Shown: piece after piece, positions 37,733 through 51,780 of the stretch
How positions within the stretch are numbered: position 1 is the stretch's first letter
How the letters are laid out: every line of letters starts with the position of its first letter
The notes under the pieces: generated by a model
What the model was told of the DNA's origin: nothing
The model's input: the letters and a program-made list of their open reading frames with translations, nothing else
Database searches by the model: none
From: Octopus vulgaris
Taxonomy: Eukaryota
Reading direction: 5' to 3'
DNA: 64,000 nucleotides
Assembly: GCA_951406725.2 (NCBI GenBank)
Contig: OX597814.1
Coordinates: 6,262,001-6,326,000, forward strand
Position numbers and translations under genes: made by a program

Positions 37733-37791
37733 TCCAGCAGATGAGCTTAAGTATCCTTTAGATACACAAAGTGAAATCTATAGATCCTGGA
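37733..37791 (+). ncRNA. type-I hammerhead motif with one core substitution (U4>A)
   Basis: UCCAG-CAGAUGA-GCUU..GUAUC(CUUUA)GAUAC..AAGU-GAAA-UCUAUAGA-UC^-CUGGA. Helix III is the palindrome AUCUAUAGAU, and AATAAA follows. Confidence 0.65.
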
Positions 37792-38019
37792 ATAAATACA
37801 TCTTTACTTATGTATTCCACACAAGGTCAGCTCGTCTCTGTGACATTTACTGCATCCACCATGTGTATATTTATTGTGAGTAAATTGTGGTTTAGAGCGA
37901 CAGCTCTGTTCATAGCAAGTGGCATTTCAAAACCTCCACCTTATATGATACATCATAGAGAGGGCTGGGACCAAAGTTGGCTTTGGGAGAGCTCTGATCA
38001 ATTTAGATCAGATGAAAAC

Positions 38020-39740
38020 ATTTAATAGGGTCGACCATCGCTATTTTGGAAGCTGTCCTGAAAGCAGGTGGTTTCGGACCCATTTTCAGAGGCTGGATTG
38101 CTGCAATGCCCAGCAGCACCTGCTCAGTGGTCAAAGCAATTAGTCACTTATCAGAGGTGTTTGGTGTTGCATGCTCAGGCTATCAGGGCTGCCCACTATT
38201 GCCTCTTCTGTATGTATTGGCACTTGAGCCACTGCTGTGGAAGTTGAAACAGATAAGGGGTATCCCTTCTGAAATGGGACAAGGAAGGGCAGTGTCAGCC
38301 TATGCGGATGAAGTTACCATCATGGTGTTGGATGCCTCCAAAGCGGAGAGGGTCAACAACATCCTAAAGGAATATGAGTTGGTTGCAGGGGTTAAAATCA
38401 ACAGTTGGTGGGTTTGCAGCTGGGCTCCTAGAGAGGCAGGACAATACCATTGGATGGCATCATTGGACACTGGACCGACAGACCAGATAAATTGCTCAGG
38501 ATCTGGTTTGGTCATGACCTTCAGGTAGATAAGAACTGGGATGAGGTGACAAACAGGGCAGCCAGTTTTACCCAGAAATGGGGAGCTGTACCTGAAAGGT
38601 CAGCCAGAGGTGGCGAAGGCTTACATCCCCTCTGTTGTCATTTATTGCCTGACTCTCATGCCTTGTCCCAGTTACTGCTTGACCGGGCTGGAGCATTTCT
38701 AATTTAAATTCTTGTGGAAGGGATGCATTCCAATGGCGAGGTGTTCAGCCTGTTGCCTGCATCCTCTGAGTGGTGGGTTAGGTATGCCGTGGCCCCTAAT
38801 GCACAGACACGCTCTTAGGTTATGCCACCTGCAACGATTTCTGGATGGTGAGCATGTGTAAGCTCCGTTTGTGAGGCTTGTCTTTCCACAGCTCGTCTCC
38901 TCGATGGAGCTGCCATCCTGGGTGAAGAAAAGACCAAGGCTGGTAACCTAGCACCCAGAATGTCGTCAGGCACTCACAGCCCTCTATCAGTTGCGCAATG
39001 GGATCAATCGATGTTCTGCTTTAGAAATTTCTAGAGGATTAGTGGTGAAGAAGTGCAACGACATTCTCAGGAAGAGCCTGGATGCTGATGAAAACAAACT
39101 GGCTAGTCTGTTCTGGAGGACATTCTGGTCGGGAACTCTCATGGATAATATCCAGGTGTCCTTGGCCTGGCAGTGCTACCAGAGGGTTGGTCGCTACCTG
39201 TTCGAGATAAACTCTACAGGATCAGATGTGCTGTCAGACGGGCGTGTCCGAGGTGCATGCAAAATGAGGAAACCATTCTGCATGTTCTCATTCAGTATCC
39301 AGGCATTGCTGACCTGTGGGGTTATGTTGAACAACTGCTGTCACATGTGGAATGGATCTGTCTGTTGGCTGAGTCTCTAGTAATGATTGCCTCACCACCC
39401 ACCTTCAATTGGGCAGGCAAGGTAGTTTTCTTTTGGTGGCTGTGGCAAAGAGGTTGTTTGGTGGACAAGTCTGAAAGGCATGAGGACAGATCCATTCGTC
39501 TTTGGTAGAGCTCTGATTGGCTTCTTCAGGTTTCACTTGAAAAAGAAATTGAGAGTGAAGAGGGATATGCTGTCCTCGAGTGAGTTTATTGAAAGGTGGG
39601 TGAAAGTTGCAAAAATGGCAAGAGTGGATGGTACCTCTCTAAGTGTAGGCCTGTGAGTTGGAGAGAGCACTTGCGCTTGGGGTTTTAGGGAAATCTCAGA
39701 CAGTGGGGTTCCTCGATTATCCCTAGAGGTGTTCCTGTAT
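38020..39740 (+). mobile_element. L1/Tx1-like LINE ORF2 remnant (RT to C-terminal Cys/His domain)
   Basis: FNRVDH, QGCPLLPLLYVLALEPL, AYADEVT, GGLGMP, CPRC..EETILHVLIQ, ERWVKVAKMA. Many frameshifts. Confidence 0.85.
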
Positions 39741-39808
39741 CAGGAGGGCCACATCTCTATCATCCTCCCTGCCACCGTTGTATGCCATGCATGTGTCCCT
39801 TCTTTTTC

Positions 39809-39980
39809 AAAAGCACCCACTACACTCACAGAGTGATTGGCGTTAGGAAGGGCATCCAGCTGTAGAAACACTGCCAGATCAGACTGGAGCCTGGTGCAGC
39901 CTACTGGCTTCCCAGACCCCAGTTGAACCGTCCAACCCATGCTAGCATGGAAAACGGATGTTAAACAATGATGATGATGA
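39809..39980 (+). mobile_element. RTE-tail SINE 3' end
   Basis: Near-identical to 2848-3017. Confidence 0.8.
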
Positions 39981-40241
39981 TAATTATTATTATTATTGTT
40001 GTTATTACTGTATTAAAGCAACAAGTTGACAGAATCATTAGTAAGTTGAACAAAATGCTGGGTAGCATTTCGTCTGTCTTTGAGTTCAAATTCTGCCAAG
40101 GTCAATTTAACTTTTCATCCTTTGGGGTTGATGTAATTGACTTACCTCTCTGCCCCAAATTGATGGCCAGGTTTCAAAATTTGAAACCCCATTTTTATTA
40201 TTGTTATTGTTAGTATTATCATTGTTATTATTTTTATTAGT

Positions 40242-40640
40242 AAGGTAATGAGCTGGCAGAAACGTTAGCATGCCGGGCGAAATGCTTAGCGGTATTTCAT
40301 CTGCCGTTATGTTCTGAGTTCAAATTCCACCGAGGTCGACTTTGCCTTTCATCCTTTCGTGTTCGATAAATTAAGTACCAGTTACGCACTGGGGTCAATG
40401 TAATCGACCTAATACCTATGTCTGTCCTTGTTTGTCCCCTCTATGTTTAGCAACTTGTGGGTAATAAAGAAATAGGTATTTCATCTATCTTTATGTTCCG
40501 AGTTCAAGTTCCGCTGAGGTTGACTTTGCCTTCTATTCTTTTCGGGGTTGATAAATCAAGTACCAGTGAAACACTGGGGTCAATGTAATTGATGAGTCCC
40601 TTCCCACCAAATTTCAGGCCTTAAGCCTTTAGTAGAAAGG
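40242..40640 (+). mobile_element. dimeric tRNA-derived SINE; a more decayed copy lies at about 40015-40190
   Basis: gagctggcagaaacgttagcatgccgg...GAGTTCAAATTCC (B-box-like)...gataaattaagtaccagtt, with the body duplicated. Confidence 0.75.
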
Positions 40641-40664
40641 ATTACTATTATTGCTGTCTCGTAG

Positions 40665-41010
40665 CAAATTTATTGAAAGGAGGGCGAATGTCGGAAGAAT
40701 AGCCAGTATGAACGGACCAATTCTGAGGATACACCTGTGACAAAGAAGGTAGATATAAAAGGAGAAAAGGGCTCTCTACCCAACTTTTTGACCAGGCTCC
40801 CGTGGCTTTTATGGGTTTTTCCATGAGTAACCTTTCGAATCCCCCCCCCCCCTATTGGGAGTTTTTACTTGTTATATTTTCATTGTTATCTTGCATTTTT
40901 ACACGGACTTTTCAAACGGACAAAACCCTTTTGTAATTTTCGTCCTGTATTTTGTCCTCACATGTTTTATTTGATTTTTGTTAGCCCTTGTGGCCAATAA
41001 ACGAATTAAT
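40665..41010 (+). mobile_element. 3' end of an L1/Tx1-like LINE
   Basis: KFIERRANVGRIASMN..LRIHL*, with a 3'UTR ending gtggccaataaac(att)n as in 16538-17220. Confidence 0.65.
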
Positions 41011-41494
41011 TATTATTATCATTATTATCATTATTATTATTATTAGTAGTAGTAGTAGGATAAGTGTTGATACTGCCCCCCCCTCCCAATACTACTGCTG
41101 TTAATTGTCTCTGTGACATTATTCTAGACGTAATACGTTTAGACGTATTTCAGTGTGATGCTGAGGTAAAAGACGGGAAGAAGCCTGTGCTGCAGGTAGA
41201 AACCCTATCAAGTGTTGAAGACACCGAAATGGTGATAAGCTGCACAAATAATCTACTGATACCGTAGAAATGATGAAAACTGAATCTACGATGAGACAAA
41301 ACCGAGTTGCAGCCTCTCCATCGACTCCCTCAGTGTAATCTAACACATCAGCTGATCGCTGCTGCTGCTGCTGCTGCTGATGATGCTACTGCTACTCTCG
41401 CTGCATTGAAATTTTGTGTCACTTAATTTCGGTTCATTTCAAAATATTGATTGGAAAATATTGCACTTCTTCCCCGAAACTGAACCAGATAAGA

Positions 41495-41532
<38 letters not shown>

Positions 41533-41535
41533 AAA

Positions 41536-41612
<77 letters not shown>

Positions 41613-41859
41613 TGTACATGCAGAGCCACCTACACACATGTAATAAATACCTGTGTATCTATACGTGTATTTGTGTGTGTGCACACACTCACACATACAT
41701 AAATATATACAGATGTACATATAGATATACACAAATATATACATGTATGTAATCTCAATATATATATATATATATATATATATACGCACGCACACACACA
41801 CACACACACATACACAAGCAGCCACATCGTCATCATCCCTGTTTTAATGCCTGCTTAAC

Positions 41860-42065
41860 GCAGCACGCTGGGCGAAATGTTTAGCATTATTTCGTCTGTC
41901 CTTACATGCTGCGTCCAAATTCCACTGAGGTCAACTTTGCCTTTTATCCTTTCGGGGGTCAATAAACTAAGTACCAGTTGCATACTGGGGTCAATCTAAA
42001 TGACTGTCCCCCCCCCCGCCTCCTGACAAAATTTCGGGCCTTGTGCCTGGAATAGAAAAGAAAAG
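41860..42065 (+). mobile_element. tRNA-derived SINE (40242 family)
   Basis: Collinear with 40260-40640. Confidence 0.7.
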
Positions 42066-42384
42066 AATGTCTGCCTTTGCCATGCTTGTATGAGACAGCT
42101 GGAATTATTGTGACAGATATTCTCTGACCAGACGCTCTTCCTATCACCAACACTCACCCGTTTCCAAGCGATATTTCTTCTTTTGGTTAAACATGTTTTT
42201 TATGGTAGGTAGGAAACACAGGATGCACATGCTTATTCACAGCCATCACACACACACACACACACAAGCGCATGCACGCATGCAACAGGTAATGGACCAG
42301 ACTATTGGATGTTGTTATAGTAGTAATAATAAAATACAATAAGTAACTAAAGAAAATGTGGTGATGTGGAAGGAACAATAACTG

Positions 42385-42986
42385 ATAATGTCTCTGGCAG
42401 CTCAGTCCTGACTAAGAAGGAATTTATCTACAGACATGACAGACCTACTGTAAATGATGCCGACACTATGGAATGAAAAGGGGAAAAACATGGTGTAGGC
42501 ATATCCTGGAAAAGGTCTCAGCAAATGGCAAAGTGACCATACTCTGGGATAAGCCAACACATACAGATAGAGAAATCAAGGCTAACAGACTGGATATAGT
42601 TGTCAGAGATCATGAAGCAAAAAAATTTCTTCACATCAACAGATGACAATGTATCGCCAAAAGAAATGGAGAAATTCTCAAAATACAAAGATCTCGAAAT
42701 AGAGGTAACTCAAATGTGGAGTCTAAAAAGAGAAACAATTCCTATTACAGTATGACAAAAAAAAAAACATTCAGACAAATACATAACCAAAACACCAGGA
42801 CTTATGAATGAGTACCACCAGGCACCACACACATCCTATGTAAACCACTTTCAATAGAGTGAACACAAAAACAGCACAACAAACCACAGCACATGCCCAA
42901 GGCACACAGAGCTGTGCTTGGCAGTGCAGTGAAAGCACGTGATAAAAATAAGACTACTGAATAATAATAATAATAATAATAATAAT
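42385..42986 (+). mobile_element. R4/Dong-clade LINE 3' end with (AAT)n tail
   Basis: YRHD, TILWD, TDREIKANR.DIVV, KEMEKFSKYKDLEIEV..MW, then 3'UTR and (aat)n. Confidence 0.8.
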
Positions 42987-44384
42987 GTTGAAGAGTATGT
43001 TTGTCTAACTTACTTATCAGCCCATCCCTGTTGATCAATATGAAAATACCAATGACTTGTCTCCGTCTTTTTAGTCAATCAATAAACTGTTCAGAGGAAC
43101 AGAATATTTCCTGGAAATTCACTGATGAAGATTTTATAAATTGGCTGATGACAGTGATGATGATTATGATGATGATGACGCTGCTGACTGGTGGGGGTGA
43201 TCATATGATAATTTGGATAATGGTAATAACGTGGACGACGATGATGATGACTATGATAAAACTCCACATTTGGTAAACATGATGACATGACAGCAATAGT
43301 CTACATTAGGATACTGGGCACTTGATCAAAGTGTGTGGGTGTGTGTCATGTGTGTGATGTTCTCTTTTGTGACAAAAAAGCAAGCAGGAAAAAGTAGATG
43401 CTAAAACAATGATGATGATAATATGTCCATCACTTGCAAGCTGGTAAATCTTGGCAGCCTGTTTCATGTCTTCACCAATTCTGTCCTGTGCCTGTGTAGC
43501 CACGAGAAGACATGGCTACCTTGCCAACCATCCCATTCAGTGACCTGATTGCGCACTGAGGACGAAACAGTTGAACGATAGAGCTGCACCGCCATGATGC
43601 TACCACACACTTTAGCCGACCAGACTGGAGCAAAGTGAAATGAAATACCATGCCCAAGGACACAACACAACCGTGTGGTTAAGGAGTGCACACAAACCCA
43701 TGGGGTCTGGGGTTCTGTCCCTTTGTGCAACACATAAAGTCTTTTACTAAAACTCTGGGTTGCCAACCGATGCCTTGTCAGTGAATTTGGGAGAAAAAAG
43801 CTACCATTCGTAAAATTATACAATTTCACATTTGATGTTACTGAAGAAGTGTTATTTATAAATGCTTCTCAATACAGGACTCCACTATTCTATATTATCT
43901 AAGTATATGAACTATATTTGGAATACAAGACAATATAATGGATTTTACATATGAATATTATGGATTATTGCAGAAGAACAACCAACGAAGTATATATGGA
44001 TTTAAAGACTCTCATCAAAAACAGTAATTTTTAATTTATCTTTCAAGCAAACACCATTTTATAGTTTTACTTCAAATCTTTTAAAAAATACTAAAAAACT
44101 ACCATTCGATATGTTATACAGAATTCAAATTTTATATCTCTGAAGAGCAGAAGAGTTGTCTATAAATGCTTATCAATATAGGATTTAATTATAGGGACAA
44201 CTCCTCTGCGAAACGGTCGTAAGATGCTTTAAATAATTAATTTAAAACTTTTAAACTGCCATATACATTATATATTTATACTTATACATATTTACATATA
44301 TTTTTATACATATTTATATTTTTAATACAAGTATTTTACACACGTATATATTTTCCTGAAGAATTTCCTAATATTAATAATATA

Positions 44385-46185
<1,801 letters not shown>

Positions 46186-46766
46186 CATACTAGAAACTCT
46201 ATTTCTCTATTGTCATGCAACAACAACACCTGAATGCATGAATGAGAAAACAGTGGAACAAAAATACCAGAAATATTTTTAGTTTGGTATGAGAAAAGAA
46301 GTGGCAGAGCAGGTGAGTGGGTAGCAGTAGAGGTGGTTGTGGTGGTGGTGGTGGTGGCAAGGCTGTGAGCTGAAGGACTCCCAATAAACAGAGAATAGAG
46401 ATTGCATTGTTAAAGCTGCATTATTTCTTGTGGTGAGGCAGTAAAAAGTGATGAGACTTCACATTTGTCAACATGGATGAAGCATTCATGGTTGTTGTGG
46501 TGGCGGGGCGGGGCGGGGCGCGGGGGGGGAAGGGTGGCACGGAGCTTCTGAGAGATGAAAACGATTGTGAAGAAAGAATATGAGGCAGGTGTCAGATAGA
46601 GGAAATGAGGTGAGATTGCAAAGGTGTCGTCGAAGAAGAAAGAGTGGAAGAAAGAGAAGGTAAAGTTATTGAAGAAGTTTTGGAACTAAAAGTGAGCCAA
46701 GTTTCTAAGATGGTAAGGAAAATCTGAACTGTAAAAGAAATACCAACATGGAGGAGAAAATGTGAT

Positions 46767-46802
<36 letters not shown>

Positions 46803-47377
46803 CAACATGAATTATATTCTTCAAACACTAAACCACGATATATATAAGTGTGTGTGTGTGTGTGTGTACACATATAGACACACAGACAGATTTCTATGTT
46901 AGAGTCTATTTATGACAAACCATAGATTAGCAAGTCTATTTTTCCTTTTTTGTTTAACTATGGCCATGTTTATTTTTAGAAATAAAAAAAACAAAAAACT
47001 GTTAAATCAGTTTTTTTGCTTCTAGACTAAATTATCAAATCTGGATTAAAAAAACTTCAGTCATGGATTTAGAACATACCTGCAGAAAATAATTAAGTGA
47101 AGAAACATCTTCACCTGTAATTAAATTAGGACAGCGTACATTCATTCCACACCTGAGAAAATTTCATTATAGGACTAAAATGCACCACACATAGTTACAC
47201 ATTACTTCACCATAGCAGTTCAGTGGATAAACCGGTTGTCAGATGTGGTTGGGGTGGGCCCTATTCATTGTGGACAGGGCTGACTGGGAGAGAAATTCAC
47301 AACACTTTTGTTCAACGAAACAGAAGAAATTTATTGGGGAAAAACTAGTGACTGGATTGAACCAGGAAACTGTGATT

Positions 47378-47765
47378 AAGGTGCAAGCATGGCTGTGTGG
47401 TAAGAAGCTTGCTTCCCAACCACATGGTTGCAGGTTCAGTCCCACTGTGTGGCACTTTGGGCAAGTGTCTTCTAGTACAGCCTCAGGCTGACCAAAGCCA
47501 TGAGCGGATCTAGCAAACGGAAACTGAAAGAAGCTCATTGTATGTGTGTGTGTGTGTCTTTGTTTGCCCCTACGACCGCTTGAGAACCAATATTGGTGTG
47601 TTTATGTCCTTGTGACTTAGTGGTTTGGCAAAAAAGATTGATAGAATAAGTACCAGGCTTAAAAGGAAAATACAGGGGTTAGTTCATTCAAGTAGAAATT
47701 CTTCAAGGCAGTGTGCCCCAGCATGGCCACAGTCTAATGATTGAAACAAGTAAAAGATGAAAGAT
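47378..47765 (+). mobile_element. older full-length tRNA-derived SINE (4401 family)
   Basis: ggctgtgtggtaagaagc...caggttcagtccc...ccagcatggccacagtc..gaaacaagtaaaaga. Confidence 0.8.
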
Positions 47766-48197
47766 ATTTATGTATTGCCCAGCAAACATGGTTTGTGGAA
47801 GAAATTCTAGTGAAAGAGGAAGTTAGAAAAGACTGTCCAACTTACCAATGGCATATAAATAATATTGGAATGAACATTTGGGCTTCGGGCTCGGACACTT
47901 ACCTGAAAAAACATCAGAAACAGTAACTTCAATATGAAATCAATAAAACATTGATAATATTAATTCATAACAACACTTTTACGTAAGTTTTGAAACAAAT
48001 TAGTTTTCTATTTTCAAAGATGGAACATTGATAAAATGTGTAAATAACAGATGCAGTGTTCATAGCAAAAGGGAAATCTTTATCCCTCCCCCCACCCACA
48101 ATGAAACGTGGATGTTCTGTTAGAACAAACTATACTGTGGCAAATTTCATGAGAGAAACTCTCAGATTGGCTTTTAGTGCAAAATGCACGCTTGTTT

Positions 48198-48340
48198 ATA
48201 TCACTAGCGGGGAGATGAAATCCCCACTACCCCCAGTGCTGAGACCACCAGATCACATGATTTCGACCTTCCTTGGTCTTGTCAACGAGGGACATTTGAC
48301 TACTAGAGATAGCAGTGGTTCATCTCCCCACCAGTGATAT
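48198..48340. repeat. ~140-bp inverted-repeat element enclosing a degenerate hammerhead
   Basis: Arms atatcactagcggggagatgaa (48198-48219) and ttcatctccccaccagtgatat (48319-48340). Confidence 0.75.
48245..48291 (-). ncRNA. degenerate type-I hammerhead motif
   Basis: CCCUCG-UUGACAA (two changes from CUGACGA)-GACC(AAGGAA)GGUC-GAAA-UCAUGUGA-UC^-UGGUGG. Confidence 0.5.
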
Positions 48341-48633
48341 TATGTTCTTTTTTATGTGGCACCATCACCAGTGCTTTTTATATGGCGCAACACACACACA
48401 GGGTCACCAAACTCCTTGCCTCAGCCATGTCTAACAAAACTGTGTCGTCTAGAGAAATCTTTAAGTAATATTTTAGGACAGCCCATAGCCCACTAGAAGC
48501 GGAAGAGGTTGATTGAAAAATATTTTTATCAAAATTTTAACTCTTTTGTTGTCAACTCATAGTGTTTCACATAAACTTCAAGAATTACATTATTTACATT
48601 AGACGGATATTTGTCCTCATCTTGTTTGTTGTT

Positions 48634-48679
48634 AACACAATGTTTCAGCTGATATACCCTCCAGCCTTCTTCAGGTATC
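48634..48679 (-). ncRNA. minimal type-I hammerhead (core intact, helix III C-A mismatch)
   Basis: GAUAC-CUGAAGA-A-GGCUG(10 nt)CAGCU-GAAAC-AUU^-GUGUU. Confidence 0.65.
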
Positions 48680-48726
48680 CTGGGAAAATTTTGAACCTGG
48701 GTTCTCATTCCTAAGGTATTTTTCGA

Positions 48727-48776
<50 letters not shown>

Positions 48777-48947
48777 TTACTGCTTGAAATCAAACTCAGA
48801 ATCTTGGAGTTAAGAGTGTGGACTACTAACCCCAAGATTCCGAGTTTGATTCCAAGCGGTGACCTTAATAATGATAATAGTAATAATAATAATAATAATA
48901 TCGAAAAATACCTTAGGAATGAGAACCCAGGTTTGAAATTTTCCCAA

Positions 48948-48993
48948 GACACCTGATGAAGGCTGGAGAGTATTTCAATCAAAACATTGTGTT
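48948..48993 (+). ncRNA. minimal type-I hammerhead, mutated (G12>A)
   Basis: GACAC-CUGAUGA-A-GGCUG..CAAUC-AAAAC-AUU^-GUGUU. Confidence 0.55.
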
Positions 48994-50381
48994 AACAACA
49001 AACAAGATGAGGACAAATATCCGTCAAATATAAATAATGGAAATAATGTACATAATTCCTCATCTCTTAAATATAGAACTAAATTAATATTTGTGAAATA
49101 CAATCATTAGGAGCAATCTATGTTAAAAAAAATTTCAATTTCTATTTCTATGTTAAAGTTTAAGTCATGTCTCTGTATTTCATTGTAAACTAAGTTTTGT
49201 TGAAGATGTCATAAACTGTAATTAATACCTTCCTTACAATTAATTTCTCAAAAATGACGGCAAAAACATGAAAGTAGATTTAATCTGTTTCAGATATAAA
49301 TGATCAACCAACATCAAAAAGATATCTTATTAAATGGATTTCCAATAAATTCCGAGTTAAATTATTTCCTCTGCACATGTTTTGTAGAGTTTATCTGAAA
49401 CTTTCTTTCCAATTCTCAACTGATCCAACCAAACACATCTCTTTCTAATAAATACTCTTCTCGACTGGTTATTATTGCCCTTCATCTTCTAGTTTCGTCT
49501 GTTTGGTCGACTGAAGTCAGAGAATAAGCAACGACTTTAATCATGAGTTGGCTTATTAGAAAAGACACTTAAAAGATTTCACTCAGCTAATAAAGTACGA
49601 ATGACATTTTATAATTTGCAGGATATCGAATAGTCTCAAAAGACAAGGTGAGAGAACATCTAACCTTAATGAAACCAATATAGTAGCAGCAGCAGCAGTA
49701 GTAGTAGTAGTAGCAGCAGTAGTGGAGAACTTAACTATGTCATCTAATTTAAGAGTAAAAAATCAATGGGGTTTATAATAAAGCTTTCTGGTTGCTTCTA
49801 AACTGCAAAATGGCATTTCAATGAAGCTGAGATAATTAAGAAAGAGGATTTGATGGTAAAATCTAGATAAAGGACAGATATTGCCCGCACAAACTCTTCT
49901 TTTGGTTAATATATTTATTCACCAATTATACTTTCTTTTTCCTTCTCATTCGTTGGCCGTTCGGGTTTTGGCAACCACAGTTGAATCAATATGAAGCCGG
50001 AGGAAATAAACTGAATGTTAAAGAAGTTTATTCTTACCATTTCTCTGAATCATTTGGAGAAAGTGTCTTCACACACACACACACACACAATTGTCCATAT
50101 TAAAGGTTGAAATAAAACAAGATCAAACCACAAAACGAAAGCCTGCTTCCATCAGTTTCTTCCATCCTTTAATAAAATTTCTCCTTCCCTCCCTAACAAT
50201 GGCACATTTTCCTTTTCCTCTCAATAAAAGGGGTCACAGAGGACATGGCTATTTCCTTGCAATCGTTATACAGCGATTGAATAGCTTTGTCCTTATATGT
50301 ATATTTATATGTAAGTACGTATGTACTGGGTCATCCCATAAATAATGCTGTTTTTTTTTATACTTCTTTTATTTTTCGAAA

Positions 50382-51713
50382 TTAAGATAAAGTTCTTCTT
50401 AAATCTAAAATATACCCTCCTTCATTTTCTACAATGCTCTTCCATCTATCTGGTAGACTTGAAGGATCCCTTGTCCATGACGAAAAATTTACTTGTCCAT
50501 AATGAAATTCAAAATTCACTTGTCCGTGATGAAAAATACTCCTCCTGCACTGACCTCGTCTACAGAATTCATATTTTTTTCCATTCAAACGATTTTGAAG
50601 ACTGCAGAATAAATGATAATCAAATGGGGCAATGTCCAACGGATATGGTAAGTGGGGCATCGTTTCCCATTCAAACTCTCAACTTTGACCAGTTTGAAAT
50701 ATTTTCAAGAGAAAGTTTACGATTCTGGTTGTGGATGAAGAAGACTTTCAGAACGAATTTAGCAATTTTTGGCAAAATATTCACCCTTTTGCCAAGTTAT
50801 GACAAAAAGTTAGTGAAATATTTTAAATGGTTACAGTTGGATAGAGAGACAAATAGAACAAAATAATTTGACAAAAAATATGAATTTTTAATTATTTTCT
50901 GAGATTTTACAAAAACAACAAAAATACTATTAAAAAAAATATATTTTAAAATTTTCTTTGGAATGTCATTCTTGCTGTATGTGGCCGAGCATTATCCTGA
51001 TGGAAGAACGCCTTTCGTTTTGAAGCTAAATATGGTCGATTTTCTTCTAGTGCTGACTCGAGCCGCTCAAGCTGTTCACAGTAGATCTCCTTCGTTATCG
51101 TTTGGTTTGGGTTTAAAAGTTCAAAGTAGACTAAACCTTTCATATCCCACCAAACAGATAACAACACTTTACATGGGTGAAGACCTTCTTTAGCCTGGGG
51201 TGCAGGTGTTTCTCCTTTCCCTACCCACAGTCTTCGGCACTTGACATTTTTATAGAGAACCCATTTCTTGTCACCAGCAAACTATTTGGTCCAAAAAAAG
51301 GTTCATTTGTGAGCAAAGAAGAGCATACATTCACTCTCTGCATGTGAATAGACTCAGAAAGTTTGTGAGGAACCCATTGACTCAATTTGCTGACTTTTCC
51401 AATGGCACACAGGTGTTGATGAATGGTTGAACGACCAAATCCAAGCTTCTCTGCTAGTTCCTCAACAGTTATGATGGGATTTTGTTCCACTGAGGTTTGC
51501 AAGACGTCTTCGTTGAGCTCTACAGATCTTCCAGGTCAAGGCTCATCTTCTAGGCAGTGGTTTCCTGCATGGAATTTTTGGAGCCACCATTGGTACTGGC
51601 TTACACTTATTGTCCGATCCCCATAAACTGTATTAACATTCCTTGCACTTTCTGTTGTGTTGTTGGCTTTATTGAATTCATAAAACAAAATATGCCAAAT
51701 ATGCTCTTTTCAT
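50382..51713 (-). pseudogene. mariner transposase pseudogene
   Basis: HTH region ITVEELAEKLG, WVPHKL, SVWWDMKG, HQDNARPH, YPLDIAPFDYHLF. Frameshifted and interrupted at about 50676-50955. Confidence 0.9.
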
Positions 51714-51780
51714 TATAGCTCTGAAAAAATAACTGTTAAAATCGAACTGTACTCTTCAAAACTCACACTAAGAATAAGGA

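Larger units (their letters stand above)
48588..49080. mobile_element. head-to-head inverted pair of a tRNA-headed, hammerhead-containing retroposon
   Basis: Arms 48588-48812 and 48827-49039 are reverse complements. Each has a tRNA-like aagattccgagtttgattcc, an (AAT)n spacer and a hammerhead core. Confidence 0.85.

Noticed and set aside
43545-43572. ctgattgcgcactgaggacgaaacag, resembling a viral-satellite hammerhead 3' half
   Set aside because: There is no CUGANGA core, no helix II partner for GGAC and no helix I; it lies within an old SINE-like repeat.
48813-48860. Functional tRNA gene
   Set aside because: Only the anticodon/T-arm-like part is present, with no acceptor stem or D-arm; it is a retroposon head.
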